From: Octopus sinensis
Lineage: Eukaryota
Assembly: GCF_006345805.1 (NCBI RefSeq)
Contig: NC_043004.1
Location: forward strand, 58,032,001-58,096,000
Length of the DNA: 64,000 nucleotides
Direction of reading: 5' to 3'
Under the pieces are notes generated by a model. The model saw only the letters and a list, made by a program, of their open reading frames with translations, was not told the DNA's origin and ran no database searches. How positions within the stretch are numbered: position 1 is the first letter of the stretch; the number at the start of each line of letters is the position of its first letter. This document shows positions 23,730-37,635 of this stretch, piece after piece. The position numbers and the translations under genes were made by a program.

Positions 23730-23940
23730 ATATCTATATATATATATATATATATATAGATATATTACAGGTTTAATCTATATATACATACATATACGTT
23801 ACATATATATATATATATATAATATTATATATATATATAATATATATAATATAATATATATATATATATATATATGTATATGTATGTATATTATATTGTA
23901 TATGTATATATATATGTATATGTATATGTATATATATATG

Positions 23941-23980
<40 letters not shown>

Positions 23981-24021
23981 ATGTAAGTATATGTATGTAT
24001 ATATATATACATATACATATA

Positions 24022-24053
<32 letters not shown>

Positions 24054-24219
24054 ATACATATACATATATATATATATATATATAGCATACATATATATAT
24101 GTATATGTATATATATATGCGTGTGTGTGTTTGTATGCATGTCTGTATATGTGTATATATAGGTATATATTAATCTATCTATATATGTTGGTGTGAATGT
24201 TGTGGATGTTGTGTATTTA

Positions 24220-24260
<41 letters not shown>

Positions 24261-24809
24261 ATATATATATATATATACATATATATATACACTTACATAC
24301 ATGCATGCATAAATGCATACTGCATACATGCATGCATACATACATGCATGCATACATGCATGCATACGTACATACATACATACATACATACACGCATATG
24401 TAAATGTGTGTATGTAAAGGTGTTTCTTCCGAAGTAAGACTACCACCCATTTTGTAACAGCTGTGTACATAGGATTCTATATGAAAACATTTCTGTATGG
24501 CGTTTGTTGTCTCAGTTTCATCATTGTTTCAAAATGGTTAACAGGAACAAGAGAAACAACACTTGTTGGTATTTCAGCATCATCTCAAAAATAGCTTTAT
24601 CAACAGGTACGTCTAATGCGTCTGATGTATGTATATATATATATATATATATGTGTGTGGTATGTGTGTGTATATATATATATATCTATATATATATATA
24701 TATATATATTCATATATATACATTGATGTTTTCATATGTATATATATATTATATATATATATATACACACATGTTTATATATATGTATATATCTATATGT
24801 ATGTGTGTT

Positions 24810-24845
<36 letters not shown>

Positions 24846-24941
24846 CGTATACGTATATATGTACATAAATATACCCGTATATACTTACACACACGCATAT
24901 ATATATAGATACATATGTATAATATATATATGTGTATGTAT

Positions 24942-24975
<34 letters not shown>

Positions 24976-25009
24976 ATATATATATATTATATATATATAT
25001 ATATATATG

Positions 25010-25083
25010 ACGGTGCCCCAGCATGGCGATGCACCAGCATGGCCACAGCTCGTGAGCTGAAACTAGAATCAATCAATCAATCA
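25010..25083 (+). mobile_element. Isolated LINE/SINE 3' tail with (AATC)n
   Basis: CGGTGCCCCAGCATGG..CCAGCATGGCCACAGCTCGTGAGCTGAAACTAG(AATC)n. Confidence 0.65.
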
Positions 25084-25502
25084 TATATATATATTGATAG
25101 ATAGATAGATAGATAGATATTTGCATTTATATGTAGTTATATGTTTGTATATATATCATAATACACATACACGCGCACGCGTGCACATAATCACACACTC
25201 ATACGCAAACATACCCAAATACACACGCACATATACACATGCGCACATAAACTTACATACACATGTTTGTCGGGTGGGAGGTGCAGTGCCCATGACCTTT
25301 AGCAAGCCTTCCAGACTGGTGTGCTTTTTACCCGACCTAAACATCTGCAATTCAATGTCTGCAGTGGAATTATGGGCGGGGAGGTAACCAGGTAATTTGG
25401 TTCATATGTTTGCAGCCAAGTATAAATATATGGAATGTATCTGGTCATACGTACAAACACGGATGCACACACACACACCCGCGCGCACCTATATATGTCA
25501 CA

Positions 25503-25552
<50 letters not shown>

Positions 25553-25620
25553 TTATATAGAGATATTGACAGACAAATAGATAGATAGATAGATAGCTAG
25601 ATAGATAGATAGATAGATAT

Positions 25621-25656
<36 letters not shown>

Positions 25657-25657
25657 G

Positions 25658-25699
<42 letters not shown>

Positions 25700-26194
25700 C
25701 ATAGATAGATAGATAGATTACTGGTTTACGTTGCAATTAAGCAAAAAAATAAAAAGTATATTAAATAATACAGTTAGGTTGAGTTGAATAACACTTTTTC
25801 AGAAACGAGTCTACCTGATTTGTTTGCTGTCTCTCGTTTCCGGTTGTCAGGCGACTCAGAGAGAAATAATCTGAACTTGTTTCAGTCATGTAGGGCCTCC
25901 TCTGTGAAACGTGCTTACCTGAAACAGGTTACTCGAAATATTTTGTCAATGTACATTCATTCATGCACACATACATATATGTAAATATATATGTATGTAT
26001 GTATATGTATATATACATATATATATATGTGTGTGTGTGTGTGTTTGTGTTTGTGTGTGTGTGTGGTGTGTGTGTTATATATATACATATGATGGATGAT
26101 TAATAAAGAACCGGCAGTGTTTCGATATCTAGAATGTTGAAAAGTGATATATATATATAAATATATATATATAATATATATATATTATAAATAT

Positions 26195-26270
<76 letters not shown>

Positions 26271-26606
26271 ATTTTGTATTTATATTCGTGTGGCATCGTC
26301 CGTTTTTCTGTCCTTGTTTCGTATACATTCGATCCTTTTTCCAAGAAATCTAATGCTCGTAACTTAGTTTTTTCCTTGGGGCTGACCGGATCGGAGCGAT
26401 CTCAAGATTAATCAGCCGAAATTGCGAGGATGATCTGGTTCTTGACTGAAGATTAGAGGCTCCGAATGACCCGTCCGTTTTTTGTGTCGTCTCTTTGAGT
26501 GTCTTGCGTTCTCGTCCCATTTTGTATTTTTATATATATTTTTTATACATATATACATACATACATATATATATTTATATATACATATATATATATATAT
26601 AATATT

Positions 26607-26639
<33 letters not shown>

Positions 26640-26743
26640 GTACTTACGTATGTATGTTTGTATGTATGTATGTATGTATGAATGTGTCTGTGTGTGTGCG
26701 CTGTGTGCACATGTATGCATGCGTGCAAGGGTATGTATACATA

Positions 26744-26978
26744 CCTATTTCTTTACTACCCACAAGGGGCTAAACACAGAGGGGACGAACAAGGACAAAC
26801 AAACGGATTAAGTCGATTACATCGACCCCAGTGCATAACTGGTACTTAATTTATCGACCTCGAAAGGATGAAAGGCAAAGTCGACCTCGGCGGAATTTGA
26901 ACTCAGAACGTAATGGCAAACGAAATACGGCTACGCATTTCGCCCGGTGTGCTAACACTTCTGCCAGCTCGCCGCCTT
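26744..26978 (-). mobile_element. SINE family A monomer
   Basis: Full head, core and type-1 tail ending AAAGAAATAGGTAT. Confidence 0.9.
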
Positions 26979-27154
26979 TAACTGTATACCTTTCTACGTG
27001 TGTATGTACATGTGTGTGTGTGCACACATGCCGAGAGGGAGAAAGAGAATGTGTGTTGTGTGTGTGTGTGTGTGTGATAGTCACAGAATCAGAACTAAAA
27101 TACACACATGTATACACAGTAAACAAAAGAAGAAACGCACATGCTCAACAACAA

Positions 27155-27239
<85 letters not shown>

Positions 27240-28810
27240 GCCGTTCGTTCTACAACTGCACAGACGCCACACACACCCTTTTTCTTCTTCGCGTTTACCA
27301 TTTCTGCTCTGCTAGATTCCGCTACATGATACATAACGTGTGCATTCAGTATATAATAACTAACTGCATCCACTACTGCACACTTCATTATTTCTTTCAG
27401 TTATTTCATTTTAGTTTCGTCTTTTTTCTCCCTGGAACTCATTGCTTTCTATCATCTACCATTCTCTCTATCGCAGCCCTCTTTACCCGCTGCCTTTCGT
27501 CTTCATTTTCTTTCTTTTTAATTTACCAATTTTTAAGTTTTATTTTCTTCTACTTCGTCTTCTGACTGCTTGTTCATATCATTTGAATTTCCAGTTCCCT
27601 TAATTCTATTTTTAATATTTTTTTTCTTTTTGGTTTCATACCCACAATCCACTTTTCTCCACATGTCCTCCCCATAAAAAAATGCTTCTCCTTTCCTTGC
27701 GCATTCGCTCTCGCTTCAAATATTTACCTCTATTATTCACATGTTCATACTTTTCCGCTCACGAATATTTCTTTGATATACTCCTAGGATTGTTGTAATT
27801 TATGTCTTTTGTTTCGTTTTGTACTCTTTCCTCTTCTCTTACCATTTTACTGTATCTTCTTTTTCTTCCTTGTATCTTCTTTACATCCTATTTTTCTTCT
27901 TCTCATTTTTCTATGGTTCTATTCTCCCTCTCATTTATTTCAACTCCCGCCCTCATTCTTATCCTAATTCCTACATTCCACTTTCTTCTATTATTACTTC
28001 TTTTTCTGTTTCTATTCGTCTTGAATATTTGCAAATTCATTTTACACCCTTCCTGTTTCTTATTACACACTTACATTGCTTCCCTTATTTGTTGCAAACA
28101 ACTCGTGTCAGCCAGTCTTGCAGTTTGCCTTCTCATCCGCTCGGTGAAATGATGCCATTCCTTTTACTCTGCTTATATAGATGTTTATCTCCCTGTTTCT
28201 GTTTCAGAATTATGTTGCCACCATTTACCTTTATTTACATCTAGTTTCTTTTCTTGGACCAATTCCAACTCAAAATATTTTAATATAAAACAACTTCTCT
28301 GCAAGAAAATTATGATTTCTTCTTAAATTTCTTATTTTATTTTATGCTTGTTTGTTTGTTCATAAAAATATATTGTTAATATGAGCATTCAGTGTGAATA
28401 GGAAAGAAAGAAAAGACCAAGGCGTTGAGGAATGGTAAAACAGATATTGTATGTATACGAGAGAGGGGGGGAGTGTGTGTTTGTGCTTTCTCGTGTGTGT
28501 GAAGTAATGTATAATTGTTGAATACTGGGAAATGAGTTTGAATATGACCATGCAGTTATATTACATGTTGCATGTGTGGTTGTAGTCGCGCTTATAAACA
28601 GGTCTACTGCAGAGAAATATATGAATTTTTTAAATATATGTTTATGTATATGTTTATACGGCACTCTGTGTCTGTGTGTTTGTATATGTGTGTATATGTA
28701 CGCGTATGTGTATGTATGTATGTAAGAATGTATATATGTATGTATGCATGTATGTATGTAGGTATGTATGTAAGAATGTATATATGTATGTATGCATGTA
28801 TGTATGAATG

Positions 28811-28844
<34 letters not shown>

Positions 28845-31800
28845 TGATTGTATGTATGTATGAATGTATGAATGTATATATGTGTGTATGTGTGTGTTTT
28901 ACGAGAATGTGTATTAGAAAGAGAGAGAGAGAAAGAAGAAAAGGACGAACGAAGAGTGCATAGTCTCTGCTCCGTGTGCGCGTGCGTGTGTGTGTGCGCG
29001 TGTGCGTGTGTGTACGTACAGGTGAAATATGAGTACAAGGTAGGAAATGTGATCCAGATGGAAGAAAGTATGTGTACAACCTGTATTGTATCAAAATGAT
29101 GAGAGTAGGCATAATCGTGTGAGTGCGTGTGAGCGTGTGTGCACACATTTATTCAGGTGCATAAAGGTAACGAGAATTTAAATATGTTCATTGCATGCAT
29201 AGGTTATCACGCCATTCTAGAAGATTTATTTACGAGGAATGTCCCAACGGTTAAGACAGAATTAATCCCCAGTTAAAACAGAACGAAATAAAAATATAAA
29301 GAGACTTTCACTTATATAACGCATATAAGACATATCACATTTATCAATTCTCATTCGTAATTGAAGATTCTCGTAGTCATATCGGATTGAAAATGTGTCG
29401 TAAAATTTCTTAATATTTTATTCATTTATTTATGTTATAAACCTTCTATTTCCTAAATGTAATTAGAAAAACCCACCAAGAGATATATTGCTCAGTAATG
29501 AGCAGCTGATTTTAAATTGTGTTGCTGCTGCTAATTATGGTGATTAAAATGGTATTGTTATTGTGATGGAATAATTCTGATACAGAAGAAATAGAAGCTG
29601 GAAAATATCAACTTATTTAACACTAATGAGGTGGGGAATTCCCTCGCAACAAGATATGGTTCCACTTGTGGCCACTTTATCCCATTATGTAGGTTACTGG
29701 CATCTATTTTTATTGTCGTCTCCTACTGTGTTCTGTGGGCATCATTCTATAAACATCGATATTTTTCTTAAGAGAAACTAAAGAATTTATAGAATCAGTA
29801 GAACACACAAAACTTTTTCTTTTTCTTTAAAATTTTTTTTACTTCATTTTTCTTTGCGATATCTAGGTTGTGACGTTTCAGTCATATAAGGCGAGTTGTA
29901 TAACCTTTTGCAGAGCCTCTGACACTGCTAAGGGAGGACAGGCAGAACAAAAGACTGCATTGTTCTCAAACAGGTGATGTGGTTGGATAAGCAATAATGT
30001 AGAATTCTAAGAGACGAATTGAGTCTACTGCCAAAGAACAAAGACATTTCGACAAGCTTCTACAGTTTTTGTCAATCTATTTTCATTCACAAAGCTTGGG
30101 GTGATTCGAAACTATAGTAAAAGATACATGGTCAACGCGCCACGTAGAGGAATCGAACTCGGTACCACGTGACATCAAAGTGACCTTCTTGACCCACGAT
30201 CATTTCTTATTGCTTATCATCCTGGAAAATTTGTACTCGAGTTGATTGATCTAACACTTAAGAGGAAACTCAGCGCACTGAATGTTTCACACTTCAGTTT
30301 GGCCTTCATGTAAAGGTTAGTTGAATGAATCGCAGAATCTCAGAGAGGAAATATTTCGCCTGTTCTGCTAGAGTTATAGCTAAACTATTTAACAGGATGC
30401 CAAGCAATTTATTGAAGAGATTATAATTTATTTCTCTTCCTTGACGTTAAACAGACCCTTAGTTGAGGCCCGTAATTCTCATTAGTTCATTCCATCTAAT
30501 TGTTAATAGATACCATTGATAAATATAGTTCATCACAAAACAAAATCAGTAATATTCACTAGTTAATTTGTATCTCTCTATCATATAGCGATATGATCAA
30601 ATCTTGCCACGGATTTTTTGGACTGTAATTATGTTCGTCTGTCAGAGCGATGCGGGCCATTTAGTCATCCTTAAAGATGACTGATGAGTTGCGCATAGGC
30701 AATGTCAGTCTCTCGTCCGTGACATCTTCAATCATATGGAAAGACCAGGTCAAGACGACTGGGGAAAGTGTTGAAATATTAAGGCTTCTTCTCTAGAGTT
30801 ATATGCAATAGGTAGGTAAGCTCTAATATGCTAATTACCCCATAGCTGGGACCCTGGCAATTGCTACTACTCCGAGTTAGAGTAGACTTGGAAACAATAG
30901 TGGCTAAGAGGTGGTTCCATACGCCTCAGAATCCTGGAACCTTTGAATCAGAGCCTCACAATTGTATGCAGTTTAAAGTCAAAACCAGGATTGATGTAGC
31001 ATAATAGAAACACTCACTTTCGTGGTACGAGTATTTTTTATTATTGGACCATAATAGAAACACTCATAGCACGGACCTGTGATAACGATTTTATCAACAC
31101 CACGTGAAAGTGGACTCACAACAAAAGCTTTTATTTTACCGTCCAGTTTGATAATAGATGATCGAAAGTTGTAGTGATAACTGCAGAAACAAGCATAAGT
31201 AGACTCAGAGGATTTATTTGAAGCGGGTGATTATATCTATTTTGGTGGGTATATGTATTTTGTGTTTGTATAGATAGAATGTGTGACATTGATTTTAGCT
31301 TTATGTCATGATAGATTCCTGGCGTTTTGCCAAAGTGCCAAAAGTGTCCATTATTGCTTTTTTGTTAACATACTGCAGCCATAAAATGTACTTAGATGAT
31401 CTTGTACTTCGAGTAATCTTTGCAGTATGCGACAAAGATGAAAAAAAAAAAGTCGCCATGCTAAGTTTAATGTAAATTAAACAACCCAGAAGTAAATAGA
31501 TTCCGAGTGTAAAAAGAATTTCAAACACACGTCTCAAATATTAATGATATTCAGCTCCATTTCCCGCACCCTGTTAGTTGTTGAACTTACAGCAAAATAC
31601 TAAACTTTCTAATCAGTTATCCACTCCTTTTTGTTCGAAAATCAACCATATACATCATCTTATTGATTGTTAGCACATTGTATTGATGTGTTAACTAAGT
31701 GATACTGTGAAGTATTTTCCTTTTGGGAATATTTTTTTTTATTACACTTGTACAAAAGAAAACTCAAGTAAAAATATGTCTTGTATTGACAAAATTCTAC

Positions 31801-32902
31801 CTCGATCTTTTGCTTCCTATTAGATTACTTCAATAAAACAATGTATCGGTTGCGCCACCAGAAATATTGCGACGAACTAACTCTTTCATGTCTGCATCAC
31901 AATGGTTGAGTCATAGTAAGCGTTAGAAGGAATATAGATTTCTTGCTTGTGTCCAGGACTAACGAATGAAAAGTGCACCGATACTAACATTAGAAATGGT
32001 TATCTAATTTGTCCAGTTCTCCACAACTTAACAAAGGTTTATAAATTAGAAGAAAACATTACAGCTGCATAAGGAAAACCAGTTACATATATACAGGTTT
32101 TCCTTTTTATAGTAGAGGTAAAATAACAAATTGTGATGTGAATTCACACATACATACAGTGTATTTATAATAATAAAAAGATCTTTTCTGTTTGGTTCCC
32201 ACTTTTCAATTTCTCCAATTTTTGTTCCAGTTGATTTCGTATTTGGTGTATTGGTGTAGTTTTGTATGATAACCATTGATATGAAATTCGTTTTTCACTA
32301 TAAATCAATAAATAAAAAGTTAATAGCTTTTAAACTTAGCAAATTTTGGGTTATTTTAGCCAATCGAAAGCCAGATAAACATATAGGCGCTTGTTTCCAT
32401 AGTAACAAGCCAATCTGTTACCAAGCTGCTTACCCACTTGGTCATTTTTTGCTAATTAAAACACATGAGGTATGAAAATAAAGTTGTGAGGTGTTATATG
32501 GCGTGCGTAAAGCAGAATTCCACCAAAATTTAGTTTGTTTACAGTTAACAAACACGTGCAGTCACACACAAAATGATAGCTTCCAACTTCTATTTTCTGA
32601 CTGGATAAAAATGATGAAACTTTAAACCTCTTTAACTTTAAAAAAAAAGGTTTTCTGGAAAAAGTGAATTAGCCCCTGAGATTCAACATGGAAAATTACA
32701 TCAATATATCAAATTTTAAAATCTTCACTAAACTTCAAGTTTTCCACAGTACAGCCAAGCAGAAAAGACCGTAGTGAAATTAAAGCATATGAGAGTATCC
32801 AGAAATTGAAACAGTTTCCAAGATGAAAATTCAGTTGTTGAATCTACTATACTACCAGTAAATTAAATTTGATTAAGTAGCTGAGTATCCCACAGACATG
32901 TA

Positions 32903-33260
32903 TAGTTGTTATTGTTTGCATCCTTTCGTCTCGGGAGACAATTGAGTTGCGTATAAAATCAGTTTTGAGCAGGCCTGGGCTAGATGTAAGAAAATCCTGG
33001 GTAGCCCAATCGTCAGGATTCCTCTCTCGACCTTGCTGACGTATTCCAAAGGAGTGCAGAGCATTACGTTTGGCACCTGCTTGGTTGCAGGAGCTGCCGG
33101 AAGAGTGTTCAGTCGAACACTAAACCACCTACGGGGCTCCACTCCGGATTTTTTTGAAGGTTGTCTCCTTTCCGTAGCCCTGGATAGGAGCCCATACCGG
33201 GTACTATCAGCCGGGGCCAGCTGAGCCCGGGACTCGTGTCAGGCAGGGTCATCACTCCCT
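32903..33260 (-). mobile_element. Probable non-autonomous RTE/BovB-derived element
   Basis: GC-rich island; the minus strand ends GTCTCCCGAGACGAAAGGATGCAAACAATAACAAC, resembling BovB-type 3' ends from memory. Confidence 0.45.
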
Positions 33261-33326
33261 GAAGTAGTGAAGAAAATTACTACCCACTGCCTTAAGACAT
33301 GCAATTATCAGACCAAATCTGTGTAA

Positions 33327-33665
33327 CAGTGGTTCTCAACTATTTTTTTACCTATGGACCCCTTAGATTATTATTTTATTCTGGTGGACCCCCTCTAGCC
33401 ATTCGATGTTTAAGAACTAAATTTATAGCCCCTTCTTCCAAAATTCCTATTTTGGTATTTCCTCCTTCACTCGTATAGGTTGAAATATGCAAAAATGTTA
33501 GCGAAAGAAACCTTGTTAATTGCAATACATGCATTTAAATCGAAACATTTCAGGGATTCTTAAAATGCTCCAGTGGATCCCCAATTTACTATTTTACTAG
33601 TGCAGACTCCGAAAAGTTTTATATGGACTCTCAAGGATCATATGGACCCCGGTTGACAACCACCG
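33327..33665. mobile_element. hAT (Charlie-type) MITE
   Basis: TIRs CAGTGGTTCTCAAC / GTTGACAACCACCG; flanks GTGTAA(CA) on both sides; repeated subterminal TGGACCCC. Confidence 0.8.
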
Positions 33666-33778
33666 GTGTAACACATTTAGTGAAAAGAGGGACTTTTGAA
33701 TTACAGGTACACGCTAACATTCTTCCACAGTTTCCGCCTAATCAGCCCCACTCGCAAAGTTGAGGTTATAACAAGACA

Positions 33779-34171
33779 GTGGAGGCGCAATGGCCCAGTA
33801 GTTAGGGCAGCGGACTCGCGGTTGTAGGATCGCGGTTTCGATTCCCAGACCGGGCGTTGTGAGTGTTTATTGAGCGAAAACACCTAAAGCTCCACGAGGC
33901 TCCGGCAGGGGATGGTGGTGATCCCTGCTGTACTCTTTCACCACAACTCTCTCTCTCTCTCTCTCTTACTTCCTGTTTCTGTTGTACCTGTATTTCAAGG
34001 GCCGGCCTTATCACTCTCTGTGTCACGCTGAATATCCCCGAGAACTACGTTAAGGGTACACGTGTCTGTGGAGTGCTCAGCCACTTACACGTTAATTTCA
34101 CGAGCAGGCTGTTCCGTTGATTCGGATCAACTGGAACCCTCGTCGTCGGAACCGACGGAGTGCTTCCATCC
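33779..34171 (+). mobile_element. SINE family C (tRNA-Arg-like head), full length
   Basis: A/B boxes TGGCCCAGTAGTTAG and GGTTTCGATTCCC; 11-bp TSD ATAACAAGACA at 33768-33778 and 34172-34182; nested in an old family B copy. Confidence 0.92.
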
Positions 34172-35019
34172 ATAACAAGACACTTGCTCAAAACCCAGTC
34201 AAACCGAACCCAGTATGCCGTGATTAGGAAACGGACTTCTTTACCCCTTCAACCATGCCTCTGTCAGCATATTTACTTCTACCACATTCATCTCAAAGCA
34301 AAAATAACAACAATGATAATGAAAGTCTTTTAAAATCAGACAGCAATAACAATATTTCTGGTGGTCATTTATTATTGTCCGGTATTTTTTCACTTTAGTA
34401 GTTCTCCGAGCGGGACGTTCAGCGACTGGACTGACAGAAAATCGATATAAAGCGGCTGATGGCTAAAATGTCAAGTTAGCATCTTGTTGATCGATAAATG
34501 ATTTTTCTTTAATCCTTTCATTTTGACAGTAGTAATGGAAACTCACTAGAAAGAGAGAATAATAATTTTAACATCAGATAGCTGAAGATTGTTGCAGTTA
34601 TATGTATTTAAACCTTGTAATTAATCATGTACATTATTAATTATATAGACGTTTCGGTATATCTATCTATAATCATAAATATCAGACGCATATCCGTAAT
34701 TTCTGGCAAACCATATTTCCACCAATTATTTTAGTTGTCTCAGTCTTTAGACTGCGGCCACGCAAGAGCACCGTTTTGACGGGTTTAGTCGAACAAATCG
34801 ACTTAAATACTTATTTTCAACTCTAGTACTTATTCTATCGGTCAGTTTTTGACGAATTGCTAGTTTCGGGAACGTAAACAAACCGACATCAGTTGTCAAG
34901 CGGCAGTGGGGAGCGCAAACAGAAAGAGCGTCACACAGATACACACACAGTACAAACACAAATACACACACACACACACATTTATATATATATATGTGTG
35001 TGTATATATATGTGTGTGC

Positions 35020-35125
<106 letters not shown>

Positions 35126-35473
35126 CATACATATGTATATAAATTAGAAAAATCCACCTTTTATCAATTCAACAATGAAATCCTTAAATTAAACCATATA
35201 GAAAAAAAATTAAATATAAGATAAAAACATATACCAATGATTAAGTAATGTACAAAATAGTAAATAAAAGTATATAATTGATAAAATGACTAGATTGGTA
35301 TATGTTTTTATCTTATATTTAATTTTTTTTCTATATGGTATAATTCTATTATTTCATTGTTGAATTGATAAAAGGTGGTTCTTTTCTAATTTATATACAA
35401 TAGTATATTTTGTGAAATTTGATTTAGTATTACTAAATTGAATTTTTCCCTGTAAGTTTGGAATAATATTCCC

Positions 35474-35504
<31 letters not shown>

Positions 35505-35602
35505 TGGCCTGCTCGCTTAGCCAGCGGGGTGGCGTCATTCGAAGGCTTAAACAATGCGAATGCATTGTGACCAGCGATGTGTAACAACATCGGTCACGTG
35601 AT

Positions 35603-35644
<42 letters not shown>

Positions 35645-35958
35645 GCATATATATATACATGCATATACACATTCACACACATAACGGGCTTCTGTACAGT
35701 TTCTGTCTCGCATTTTTATACACAAATCCCTGGTTAGACTGAAGCTATAAAAGAAGATTCTTACTCAAGGCAGCACTCTGTAGGACTGAACCCGAAACCA
35801 TGTGATTGCAAAGTAAAACTCTTAACAACCCTTTGCTGCCAAGACTAACATCGTCTTTACAAGTTTTGTCTTCACTCCCATACTAATCCGAAGCAAAATG
35901 CTCCTGCATGCGTCTGTTATTTTAATACAACCGTTTGATCATAAATAACACAGCTTAA

Positions 35959-36194
35959 CCCTTTGCCTGTTCAAAGCCTTTTCAAAACTGTGTCCTAAAC
36001 GTTCATGCTTGTTTTCAGATTTTAGTTAGCCTTTGTTTCATACGTTCTGAGTAGCAGTAGCATAAAGATTTCCTTTCATAATTCCTGTTACTCTGACGGT
36101 TGAAAAAATATGGCAAATGCGTATCATACGACGCCTGTACGCCAGAGAAATAATTCCTATGTTATCACATGTGATACAAGAGACAGGCAAAGGA
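35959..36194. mobile_element. piggyBac-type MITE
   Basis: TTAA at 35955-35958 and 36195-36198 flanks TIRs CCCTTTGCCTGT / ACAGGCAAAGGA (12 bp, 1 mismatch). Confidence 0.75.
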
Positions 36195-37231
36195 TTAAAT
36201 AATACTTTGCTGCATTATTGCATTTAAATCAATGGACTCATATATTATTACTCCACACACACATGTAAGTACAGTGACTATACTCAAACAATTATGCTCT
36301 GAAGTGTTCTTTCTAAACAAGAATTTTAACCGTTCCTTCTTTGAGACTTATGTATTCAGCATCATGAAAGCATGCATTTCTGTGTTCTATCTGGGAAAAA
36401 AAATTATAAGATAAAGGATATTTTTCTTGATTTCGTTAATCTCAGCAATTTCGTCCTCCTTTCCTATATTTACAAGCAGTAGAAATAACCATTAAGAATC
36501 GTATCACTCTTTCTCCTCCTTCGCGACTATTATTAACACGACATCCAAAACGGCTCTATTTGTGATTAAACAATTGGCTTCCAGCTTTAGGAATCGTATG
36601 ATATCAAATACATAGCAATTATATCAAACCTCCAACCAACATTTCAGCTCGGGTTTTAGCTGTCGGTGTCTTTGAAGAAAATATGATATAATACCAGTAG
36701 ATATTTTGAACCTTGCTATTAATTATGGTTTCTTTTGGCTGGTTACCATTCTAATTTTTGTAGTAATATGGGCGTTTGAATTCTTTCAGAAACTTCTTTT
36801 CAGATAGCTATGTTATTGATCCCCAAGTGTTCGACAATCTTTTCTAAAAAAAAAAAAAGAAAAGAAAAGAAAAGATACCATAAACTGAACTTAGAGTCCA
36901 TAATACATCCACTATGATTTCTATGTATTCGAGTTATTTTAAATTTGAAGTTTCTTTGATAATTTTACAGTCTGATAGCACCATCAGCTTCTATTGATGT
37001 TTATTAAAAGCTACAACATTCGATCTCGGAATTGTGAGCCTTCTAATTAATTGCTCATCATTTAATTATCTAGTTAGATTTGTTCTACATCACTGAGTCA
37101 CTACTGACATTTTTCTTTTTTTTTTTTGCAACATAATTTACATGTTTGTAAATATAGTGGAAATAAGTTCGGCGGCATTTCGATTGCAATCTCACCATCT
37201 AGAAAGACCATCCATTCCACTTTCTTCCATT

Positions 37232-37616
37232 GAGGAAGCACTCCGTCGATTACGACGACGAGGGTTCCGGTTGATCCGATCAACGGAACACCCTGCTCGT
37301 GAAATTAACGTGTAAGTGGCTGAGCACTCCACAGACACGTGCACCCTTAACGTAGTTCTCGGGGATATTCAGCGTGACACAGAGAGTGACAAGGCCGGCC
37401 CTTTGAAATATAGGTACAACAGAAACAGGAAGTAAGAGTGAGAGAAAGTTGTGGTGAAAGAGTACAGCAGGGTTCGCCACCACCCCCTACCGGAGCCTCG
37501 TGGAGCTTTAGGTGTTTTCGCTCAATAAACACTCACAACGCCCGGTCTGGGAATCGAAACCGCGTTCCTACGACCGCGAGTCCGCTGTCCTAACCACTGG
37601 GCCATTGCGCCTCCAC
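37232..37616 (-). mobile_element. SINE family C
   Basis: Reverse-complement match to 33779-34171; TSD TTTCYTCCATT at 37221-37231 and 37617-37627. Confidence 0.92.
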
Positions 37617-37635
37617 TTTCCTCCATTATTACTCT

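Larger units (their letters stand above)
20960..29150. repeat. About 8-kb microsatellite field ((TA)n, (CATA)n, (CA)n, (GATA)n, (GA)n) with short unique islands
   Basis: Direct reading; for example (GATA)n at 25578-25718 and (CATA)n at 21750-21945. Confidence 0.95.

Noticed and set aside
21331-29148. Dozens of YI/HT/CV-rich ORFs
   Set aside because: Stop-free di- and tetranucleotide repeats, not genes.
29914-29973. Possible 60-nt exon
   Set aside because: Weak donor (GTGATG) and no supporting neighbouring exons or homology.
30660-30712. CTGATGAG hammerhead-like core with local hairpins
   Set aside because: No GAAA after the putative stem II.
33779-33855. tRNA-Arg gene
   Set aside because: It is the SINE head, continuing into a repeated body with a TSD; no intact cloverleaf is evident.
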